Shown piece after piece: positions 33,525-41,113 of a stretch of DNA of 41,113 bases. The position numbers and the translations under genes were made by a program. Numbering within the stretch: position 1 is the stretch's first letter; each line of letters opens with the position of its first letter. The notes under the pieces were generated by a model that was not told the DNA's origin, did not search any database, and was given only the letters and a program-made list of their open reading frames with translations. Origin of the DNA: a virus (lineage: Duplodnaviria; Caudoviricetes); the IMG/VR virus record IMGVR_UViG_3300029787_000114, positions 1 through 41,113 of that record. One strand, 5' to 3'.

Positions 33525-36281
33525 CTATAATTCTGCGTCAAAATCTGCACCTAAACCAGCCATAGCAACATTTTGTTGCGTGCTTATACTGGCGTCATGG
33601 TTTAATCCATATCTAAAACCATTTTGTCCCATATTGCTAAAAACCAAAGTCGTAGTAGTACCAGAGCCACCAATCAACGCAATAAAGCCAACAGGATTTG
33701 CAGTAAGTGTTGGTGATACTCGCATTGTTCTTCTTAATTGTGGGGTTGGTTGTACTGTGGTAGCACTCGCAGCCTCGGCAGTTGGATTTAAACCATTTGC
33801 AGTATTATCGCCAATTACAAAATACCTATGACATCTTAATAAAGTATCATCATACATTTCATGTTGAAAAGAAGGTATAGTGGTTGAATCAAACTCACCC
33901 ACTTCCATTTGCATACCTGTAATTAGTATATTGTTAGATGTGCTATCGCTACAGTCAACTTGACCAACAGCTTGATTGGCTTGAGTATAACTTTCCCATG
34001 CAGTTGCAGCACTACCACTTGTATAGTTTGAACCTGCGGCAAACCAAAATTGTAAATTCATACCATGAGTGCTATCTATGTCAAATTCATTACCAGCCGT
34101 GTCAGCAGGGAAAGTAACTATTGCTTTAGTCCAAGTATTAGCTGAACTAATAGTATAAGTCTGCATACAATAACGAGTATTATGTGCATCATATAGACCT
34201 ACAACATGAGTACCTGTTTTTGGTGATTTGACCCATGCAGCACAAGTAATTTTTTTAGCACTTGAAGTTCCTTTATTAAATATACGCATGTCTTTTTTTT
34301 CAAAACGCATATTAACAAAAATAAAATCAGCAGCTTCTAAACTATCATTAGCCGTAGTACAATCTATTTTCATAGATTTAGAAAAACCATACCCTTCTGG
34401 CACATCAGAGTCTTGAGTAATCGTATAAGTGCCTGCATCATTAAGTCGCATATATATTCTGTCTAAAGTATAAGCAGAGCCAGTTTGTCCTGTAAATGAT
34501 GTACCTCTTTGTGCTACTTCCATACCACCATTAATAATTAATGGTTTTGCATTAGGTCTTAAAGGTGTTCCAAAACCTGTCGCTGTACCATTGTTGGTAA
34601 TGGTTGCTCCTGATGCAATATTAATGTCTGACCCGGAAAGGGCCGTAAAAGTATTTGCTGTAAATGTAAAGTCATCTGCACCTGCAATCTCAATATCTAT
34701 TTGGTCATCGGTTGGAGATGAAATAGTGGTATCACCGTCAGCATCTAAAACTAGGCCATCAGCTAAACCATTCATATCAATAAGATTGCCGTTGACATCA
34801 AGTGTGCCGCCTAGTTGTGGTGAGCTATCACCTGCTAAAGAAGTTAATGAGCCACCGCCTACTCCTAATTCTGATGCGTCTACCTTTTTCAATGCACTAT
34901 CTGTTGCATCAAAAAACATAATGTGGTCAGCACTTGCAATAGTTGCGTCTGTTAAACCACTAATAACCGTAGGATCTAAATGCTCTTCAGATACAGCGGC
35001 ATCGGCTATTTTTGCAGCAGTTATAGCATCAGCAGCTATTTTAGCTGTGGTAACTTGTGAATCAGCTATATGCGCTGTGTCTATTGAACCATCAGTATAA
35101 TGCTCAGAGTTTATTGCATCGTCTGCAATCTTTGCTCCTGTAACTGCATCAGCAGCTATTTTAGCTGTGGTTACATTACCATCTGTAATTTTAGCGGTAG
35201 TTACTGCAGCATCATTTATCTTCGCAGTTTCTACTGCGCTTGCTGCAATCTCTGCTGTATCAATAGCGTTGTCTGCCATTTTAGCATTAGTAATTTGACT
35301 ATCAGCAATATGAGCAGTATCTATACTACCATCAACGTAATGTTCAGAATCAATAGAATCATCTGCAATTTTTGCATTAGTTACGGCATCTGCGTTTATC
35401 ATTGCTGTTTCTACAGCGTTGTTTGCTATAGTAACTGCTCCTGTGTCTGCCATAGTAGCATCACCAGACATAACGTTATCAATCCACTTGGATGTACCTG
35501 TGTCATATAGTAACATAGCGCCGTCTGCCGCTGACGTAATGTTTACGTCATTCATTTCAGCTAATGTATCTTCCGTTAAAATAACAGCGTCTACATATGC
35601 TTTAATAGATTGTTGTGTTGCTAGTTTAGTGGCTGAGTTAGAAGCCATATTATCTTCATCAGCAATAGTAAAACCGTCAAACTGATTAAGTTCTGCTGTT
35701 GTTAAAGTACAACCGTCTAATATATTTAATTCAGCTTCTGTTGCTGTAACTCCTGACAGGGAAAATGTAGATGTTTCTAGTGCTGTTCCATCTGAATTAT
35801 ATAGGATCATTTTTCCTGCATTATCAGAATTTGCTGCAGCAGAAGGAAATATTGTACCGGTGCTACGCAGTCCTGTGCTTTGTCTATACTTAGGAGTTCT
35901 TTCTAGTTGCTCTTGTTGTTGCTGTACTTGTAAAGTTAATTTATCTAGCTGCTGTTCAAATGATGCAGCTGGAAATGCATCTCCCTCTATAACGTCTAGT
36001 TCTTGAGAAAGAGCTTGTATTCTAGTAATGTATATTTTATGTGTTGATGGTAAGTTATTGCTTAAAGTTACAGTAGCGCTATCATTGTTTGAAGCAACTG
36101 AGATACTATAGTCGTATGTACCGGATCCACCGGCTGTTTGTAAAGTTTCAACACCTGTAGCTATTACAACTGTATATACTTTTATATCTGAAGAAGCGTA
36201 TACTTTATATGGCCAAGCATATGCTGTTGTACTACCATTACCTGTATATGCTATATAACTATTTTGAGCTGATACTGTCAT
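33525..36281 (-). CDS. Tail fibre protein
   Basis: T7 gp17-like N-terminus (YTGNGSTT.Y), shaft of avt.aKia repeats, SPQLGG.LD.NG motif, C-terminal NG.M..AQRGTS...DR beta domain. Confidence 0.85.
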   Translation of the reverse strand: MTVSAQNSYIAYTGNGSTTAYAWPYKVYASSDIKVYTVVIATGVETLQTAGGSGTYDYSISVASNNDSATVTLSNNLPSTHKIYITRIQALSQELDVIEGDAFPAASFEQQLDKLTLQVQQQQEQLERTPKYRQSTGLRSTGTIFPSAAANSDNAGKMILYNSDGTALETSTFSLSGVTATEAELNILDGCTLTTAELNQFDGFTIADEDNMASNSATKLATQQSIKAYVDAVILTEDTLAEMNDVNITSAADGAMLLYDTGTSKWIDNVMSGDATMADTGAVTIANNAVETAMINADAVTNAKIADDSIDSEHYVDGSIDTAHIADSQITNAKMADNAIDTAEIAASAVETAKINDAAVTTAKITDGNVTTAKIAADAVTGAKIADDAINSEHYTDGSIDTAHIADSQVTTAKIAADAITAAKIADAAVSEEHLDPTVISGLTDATIASADHIMFFDATDSALKKVDASELGVGGGSLTSLAGDSSPQLGGTLDVNGNLIDMNGLADGLVLDADGDTTISSPTDDQIDIEIAGADDFTFTANTFTALSGSDINIASGATITNNGTATGFGTPLRPNAKPLIINGGMEVAQRGTSFTGQTGSAYTLDRIYMRLNDAGTYTITQDSDVPEGYGFSKSMKIDCTTANDSLEAADFIFVNMRFEKKDMRIFNKGTSSAKKITCAAWVKSPKTGTHVVGLYDAHNTRYCMQTYTISSANTWTKAIVTFPADTAGNEFDIDSTHGMNLQFWFAAGSNYTSGSAATAWESYTQANQAVGQVDCSDSTSNNILITGMQMEVGEFDSTTIPSFQHEMYDDTLLRCHRYFVIGDNTANGLNPTAEAASATTVQPTPQLRRTMRVSPTLTANPVGFIALIGGSGTTTTLVFSNMGQNGFRYGLNHDASISTQQNVAMAGLGADFDAEL
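34975..35450 (-). repeat. Roughly 10-aa repeat shaft in the tail fibre with a duplicated block
   Basis: ADDSIDSEHYVDGSIDTAHIADSQ versus ADDAINSEHYTDGSIDTAHIADSQ; GCATCAGCAGCTATTTTAGCTGTGGT occurs twice, 120 nt apart. Confidence 0.8.
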
Positions 36282-39124
36282 TTTATTTCCTCAATTAAGT
36301 TGTCTAATATTTCTTTTGGCGACCCGCCGCCTTGTGGTACAATATCAGAAGGACTAATTAATAAATCTTGATCTAGTTCTTTTTTCCTTCTTCGTTCCTT
36401 TTTAGTTAGCGTTCCTGGGTCTATCATCTCACTAATATTATACACTATAAAATAGTTTAGTAACATCTGCAGATAAAATAAATTTATTCCTGGAGTGTTT
36501 TGAGTTACTAGGTTTGCAGCTCCCTTTTTAATAGCTTTAGATTTACTTTCCTCTCTACCTGGTTTTGCCCCGTAGATTGTTCTTGAAAATAATTCCATAA
36601 TATCCGATATATTTCCTGCTGTAGGTCCTAAAAGTGATTCCCAGAATCCTCTATATTTCCACCACTCTCCTGCTAATATATCCCCGTAAAACGACATTCC
36701 ACCACCTTTGAGCATAGAATTTAATAATAGCTTTTGGTTGTGTAAAAAATTGTCTAAATTAGCTAGATCTTTAAATACCCTAGGCTCTCTTCCTTTTGTC
36801 ATATCTGTTAAGGCCAATGATATATATCCAAACAAAGTAAACCCAACTGTATATTTTGCTAGTCCTATTAAACTTGATTTTGCGGTAAACGCCTCTTTTC
36901 TAGTCCTAGCTCCATAACCATAAATCTCTCTTCCATGTACTTTACTAGTAATTGATATTAAGAAACTTTTAAACTTCATTAAATGCCTCATTGCTTCACC
37001 GGCTGCTGTACCTGGAGCTGTACCTAGATTCATAATAGATCTTTCATAAATTCCAGGTTGTGGTACACCGTAATCAGCTCTATCCTGAAAGTAACTATTA
37101 AACCTCTCGGATATTTGATTCCTAGCATTTTTTATTTGTCTTGCACTAATAGTTTTTCTTTGTGGATTTTTTGCTTTTAAATATCTAATCATAACTTCAT
37201 CTGGTAAAGAAAGTACTCTATCAGATACCATGAATGATTTCTTATCTAGTGTTATTATAGAGTTTGTTAAAATATTATCCCATTCTTCTTTTCCTAAATT
37301 ATATAGTAAAAGACTTCTAGTTGTTTCTGTTGGTAAATCTTTCCAATTTGTCTGTACACCTTTTTTATTAAACGCTTGTTTTGCCAGGTTTGCTGAAAGA
37401 ATATTTACCATTCCAACTCTGTGTCCATCTGTCCAAGCACTTAATAAGTTTAATTTAAAATAAAAAGCGCTTAATGACGATAACATTCCTGGCACATTAT
37501 CTGTGTCTCCAAATCTGCTATGAACTTCTCCAAGCATGCCATCTATTCCAATACCTAGTTGTCTTGCTATTTCACGTCTATTACTATTTTTTCCACCTCT
37601 TACCCTAACCAATGTTTCAAAGGGCGCCAACCATCTTTGTAGCGGGTGAACACCTTGGTATCTTAATTCTGCTACTTGAGCAGGTATGTCACCTGCAGCA
37701 GATATGGTAGCACCGCCTAATTTAGATAAGTCTTGCATAACTCTAACTGCTCTACTAACTTGAGCAGTAGTACCGGCTAATGAAGCAGAATGCCTTGTTG
37801 CACCAATGACGTCTAGCCATGCTGCTTGAAATATACTGAGTGTTAATATATCACCATCAGTTGGTTTTAAAAATCCAGGTCCACTCCATATATCTAATTT
37901 TTTTTCTTGAGCTAGTAAATTATCTAATACTTTATCTAATTTTTTCTTTTCTTTTGCATCAACTGCGCTTTCTAATTTATTAGATATTTCAGTTCTTTGT
38001 CTTTTTACTTTTGCTAGTTCTCTTTTAATTACCTTAATTAGCATATTCTCAGGGTTTGTTCCTAGTTTTTCAAGAAGTGCAATGCTTCTTGCCATAGATT
38101 CAATACCTGATAATACGTTACTATGAAGAGGGCCATGGCCATATTTGTCATTATATACTAATGCAGAGTCCGCATCTTTAAAATGAATTATCCTATGTTT
38201 TTTTGTTAGTCTTTTTGCTAAACTAGATCCTTTTGGAAGTAATCCTTCTATTGCTTGTGTAAGATCTGTATCAGTCCTCATATGCCTGCCACTAACAAAG
38301 TAATCCCAAATGCTTTTTAAAAATTTATCTCTGTCTAGATTAGTATTTAAGTCTTTAAATGTAGTATCAAAATCAAGTAACTCTTCTATATCTTTTTTCC
38401 ACGCCTCAAATCCTGCTCTTCTTATAGCCACAGAATTATGAGTTTGTCTCATTATATATCCTGGTAATTTTTTAATTAAAGCACCTGATATATTTGCTCT
38501 ATCTATTAAAGTGTCATTTATTTCAAATATTATCCTAGCTATTTTTTCAGCATTAGGGTTTTTACTTATTCCAGACTGTCCACCTGGTCTCATTTCAAAT
38601 AGCTCTAAGGCTATTTCTCTTTCTATTGACCCGCTTGAAAATAATGCTACTAGGTCAATACCATCATCTTGGCCTTCTTTATTTAACATAGATAATAATT
38701 TACCAACATATTGCCTGTGCAAACTTTGTTGTGATAAACCTACAGAATTTCTAGATCCTGGTGTTATACCCTGCTTACCTGTCAAAATTGATCTAATAGC
38801 AGTAGCTGAATTTTGTTGACCGCCACCTACTGGATCTAAATTATCAAACTCGTCTAAATATCTTATTAAATCTAGCTCTTTTTCTTTATTTATTATTGTA
38901 TGCTTTCTTTCAATAGCATTTGCAAGCAGCGCCTCTGTTTCTTCATCTTCAATATACTTTTTAATTTTTTGCTCAATACCACCTTCAGAATCTAAAAGTC
39001 TTTCATCTTTTACTTTTTTCTGTATTTCTCTCAGTATCTGTTTTTTTTCAGCTAGTGTAAGAGCATCTCCTATTGCTTTATTAATTATCTCAATACAATG
39101 ATCTGAACCTTTTTTCTTGGCCAT
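36278..39124 (-). CDS. Large internal virion (ejection) protein, 948 aa
   Basis: Helical protein with hydrophobic Gly-rich C-terminal segments (FKSF, KGREPR, GGG..FYGD, LLGPT.G); lies before the tail fibre. Confidence 0.7.
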   Translation of the reverse strand: MAKKKGSDHCIEIINKAIGDALTLAEKKQILREIQKKVKDERLLDSEGGIEQKIKKYIEDEETEALLANAIERKHTIINKEKELDLIRYLDEFDNLDPVGGGQQNSATAIRSILTGKQGITPGSRNSVGLSQQSLHRQYVGKLLSMLNKEGQDDGIDLVALFSSGSIEREIALELFEMRPGGQSGISKNPNAEKIARIIFEINDTLIDRANISGALIKKLPGYIMRQTHNSVAIRRAGFEAWKKDIEELLDFDTTFKDLNTNLDRDKFLKSIWDYFVSGRHMRTDTDLTQAIEGLLPKGSSLAKRLTKKHRIIHFKDADSALVYNDKYGHGPLHSNVLSGIESMARSIALLEKLGTNPENMLIKVIKRELAKVKRQRTEISNKLESAVDAKEKKKLDKVLDNLLAQEKKLDIWSGPGFLKPTDGDILTLSIFQAAWLDVIGATRHSASLAGTTAQVSRAVRVMQDLSKLGGATISAAGDIPAQVAELRYQGVHPLQRWLAPFETLVRVRGGKNSNRREIARQLGIGIDGMLGEVHSRFGDTDNVPGMLSSLSAFYFKLNLLSAWTDGHRVGMVNILSANLAKQAFNKKGVQTNWKDLPTETTRSLLLYNLGKEEWDNILTNSIITLDKKSFMVSDRVLSLPDEVMIRYLKAKNPQRKTISARQIKNARNQISERFNSYFQDRADYGVPQPGIYERSIMNLGTAPGTAAGEAMRHLMKFKSFLISITSKVHGREIYGYGARTRKEAFTAKSSLIGLAKYTVGFTLFGYISLALTDMTKGREPRVFKDLANLDNFLHNQKLLLNSMLKGGGMSFYGDILAGEWWKYRGFWESLLGPTAGNISDIMELFSRTIYGAKPGREESKSKAIKKGAANLVTQNTPGINLFYLQMLLNYFIVYNISEMIDPGTLTKKERRRKKELDQDLLISPSDIVPQGGGSPKEILDNLIEEIK

Positions 39125-39125
39125 C

Positions 39126-41108
39126 TTAATCCTCCCCGTTTAATACGCATTGAGTTATTGATTTTTTAGCTGCTGCTGTTGCCTTTGTCTTTGCTTGAGA
39201 TCTAAGTTGTGATTCTTCAAGGTCTCTCAGCATCGCTATGTCATCAGGCGACATAGTACCGTCTTCTGCCATAGCCTTTAGCTCTTCTTCAAATTCTTTT
39301 TTCATAGCTTTGTATGCAGCTTCTTCTTCTCTTAACTGAACTTCTAAAGAATCATCATCTATTTTTTGCACTTTTTCTCTCGCGTTTAATGCTCCTTCTT
39401 TAGCATTTGGCAACATAGTATCATCCATAAATTGATTTTTAGGATCTTTTTTATATGATTTACTTTTATCAATAACAGCATCTAAAGTAATAGCATCATC
39501 ACCTGATCTATTTACAAATACTTCAGCATCAACTTCAAGTCTTCTATTTTCACCTTTACCTCTCCACACTGCTTTTCTAATTCTTAAAGATGTATTTACG
39601 TCTAATATAATTTCCATTTCTTTCTTATTACCCATTATTAATTTTGTACCTCTTGGTACAAATATTTTTATTAATGCAGGAATTTTTTCTTTTTTACTAC
39701 TAGAAGCACTCGCTGTTCTTTCAGCAAATCTTAACGCTGTATTTTTATTTAAACTACCATTTAAGAATCCTTCAGTTTGTATTACTTTACCTACTAGTCC
39801 TTTTGCAGATTTTTTGTTGTTAACAATAGGCCCTGTAGGTTCTCCATGCACTTGAAAATGGCCTGCATTTTTACCTGTGTAAATTATTATATTTTCATCT
39901 AGCCCATCTGACTTTGCAATAGCATCTCTTAACAATTGTATTTGCTCTCTTATCTCGGCTATAGGCTGTTTTCCTTTACCTGGCTTATATGATTGACCTA
40001 GCACACGTTGCATATTAAAATTAAAGTCATCCCATCTTTGTATCACACTAACTTCTTCGGCAGTGAATTTACTGTTGTTAGCTTCTACTTTATCCATTAT
40101 AGATTTTGCTATTTTATCAACATCAGCAAAAGGTTTTTTATTTAAGATTTGTCTCTTACCTGTTTGAATGTCCATTTTAGATATTATTCCATCAGCTTCC
40201 ATTTGTCTAACCATGGCTGAAGCTTTGTTATATCCTATCTTAAATTCTTTTTGTAATTGAGTAATTATTTGCTTTGTATCTTTTGCTTTTAAAGTATACT
40301 TTACAGCAGAACCATACATTTCATCGGGAACAAGCTTATCTAAGTCTACTTTATTTTCTTCTAACTCAACTAAAGATTTTTTTTCACCTTTAACTTTTTT
40401 TTCAGATGAGACGTGATCCTCATTTAAAAGAACGTCATCAGATGCTTTATCTTTAGCTTCTGCAAGTTTTGAAGGACTATATTTAGGATCAAGCATTTTA
40501 TAAATAGGCTCGTAGTTTCCTACTCTTGTAGGACCTTGTCCTGGTAAATCAACTAATAGTCTTCCATCTGCTTTTGGTTTTGTTGCTGAATCATAAACTG
40601 CTCTAAACATTAAATCAACATTTATTGCTTTATCAGCTTGAGCTTGGTTATGGGCTAGAGATACTGTTGCATTAAAAGTTTCTCTATCTAGACCTTTAAC
40701 CATGTCTTTAACTTTACCACCACCTACGTGTAATCCACCACCAACAACAGTAGAAAAAGCTATATTTAACAGTGACTGTGTAAGACCATAATTAGCATAT
40801 TCTCGTTGTTTTTGCATCAATATAGGAACTTCAAAACCAGTAGAGTATAGTGCCATTGTTTTAGCGCCTCTATAAAATCTAGCAGTAGCAAGACCTGATT
40901 TCGCAACATTAGCTAAAAATCCTCCCTTTGAGACAAAAGGCTCTGGCATAAGTAAAAGTCCAAAATTTACAGGATCTACAAACGCAGAACCTAAAGTGGA
41001 AAAAAACATACCAACTTTTTGAAAACCAGAAGCGGCTTCATATACTTTAGCCATATCTATTTCTTCTATTTTTCTTTCATGAATAAGCTGCGCTTCTGTA
41101 ACAGTCAT
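39126..41108 (-). CDS. 3' part of an internal virion protein with FtsK-gamma-like and ADP-ribosyltransferase-like domains (true start at 708)
   Basis: DEMYGSAV...LQKEFKIGYNKASAMVRQMEADGIIS...GKRQIL; IIIYTG...GFLNGS...IFVPRG...EMEIIL. Confidence 0.8.
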   Translation of the reverse strand: MTVTEAQLIHERKIEEIDMAKVYEAASGFQKVGMFFSTLGSAFVDPVNFGLLLMPEPFVSKGGFLANVAKSGLATARFYRGAKTMALYSTGFEVPILMQKQREYANYGLTQSLLNIAFSTVVGGGLHVGGGKVKDMVKGLDRETFNATVSLAHNQAQADKAINVDLMFRAVYDSATKPKADGRLLVDLPGQGPTRVGNYEPIYKMLDPKYSPSKLAEAKDKASDDVLLNEDHVSSEKKVKGEKKSLVELEENKVDLDKLVPDEMYGSAVKYTLKAKDTKQIITQLQKEFKIGYNKASAMVRQMEADGIISKMDIQTGKRQILNKKPFADVDKIAKSIMDKVEANNSKFTAEEVSVIQRWDDFNFNMQRVLGQSYKPGKGKQPIAEIREQIQLLRDAIAKSDGLDENIIIYTGKNAGHFQVHGEPTGPIVNNKKSAKGLVGKVIQTEGFLNGSLNKNTALRFAERTASASSSKKEKIPALIKIFVPRGTKLIMGNKKEMEIILDVNTSLRIRKAVWRGKGENRRLEVDAEVFVNRSGDDAITLDAVIDKSKSYKKDPKNQFMDDTMLPNAKEGALNAREKVQKIDDDSLEVQLREEEAAYKAMKKEFEEELKAMAEDGTMSPDDIAMLRDLEESQLRSQAKTKATAAAKKSITQCVLNGED

Positions 41109-41113
41109 TTCAC
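40746..41113. repeat. Right copy of the terminal overlap
   Basis: About 93% identical to 1-368 (341/368). Confidence 0.95.

Noticed and set aside
30471-38819. Plus-strand ORFs (31707, 33346, 34591, 35100, 38511 and others) and the nested minus ORF 31696-31950
   Set aside because: Antisense or alternate-frame products of low-complexity coding sequence; the nested ORF has no lipoprotein signal to support an o-spanin call.

Overview
This window is an apparently complete, circularly assembled genome (about 40.7 kb unique) of an AT-rich tailed podovirus-type phage, probably aquatic or marine. Bases 1-368 repeat bases 40746-41113 with 27 substitutions and no indels, so one virion gene is split across the contig ends. 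The minus strand (30.2-41.1 kb continuing into 0-12.7 kb) carries lysis genes, a tail fibre, internal virion proteins, tail tube and nozzle, capsid, scaffold, portal and terminase. The plus strand (13.3-30.3 kb) carries an early region of small genes, a five-gene nucleotide-modification cluster and a replication module (PolA, PD-(D/E)XK nuclease, SSB-like protein, AEP primase, UvrD and SNF2 helicases). I saw no integrase, RNA polymerase, tRNA or CRISPR array. Best leads: (1) a candidate cytosine-modification pathway with a dCMP-type thymidylate synthase homologue, a dCMP deaminase, a MazG-like enzyme, a kinase fused to a UDG-like domain and a SAM methyltransferase; (2) an internal virion protein carrying an FtsK-gamma-like domain and a degenerate ADP-ribosyltransferase domain; (3) a pseudoknot-rich ncRNA candidate after the DUF932 gene; (4) early promoters embedded in inverted repeats, three paralogous small proteins and a set of membrane micro-ORFs. 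All assignments come from manual motif recognition; no database searches were run.
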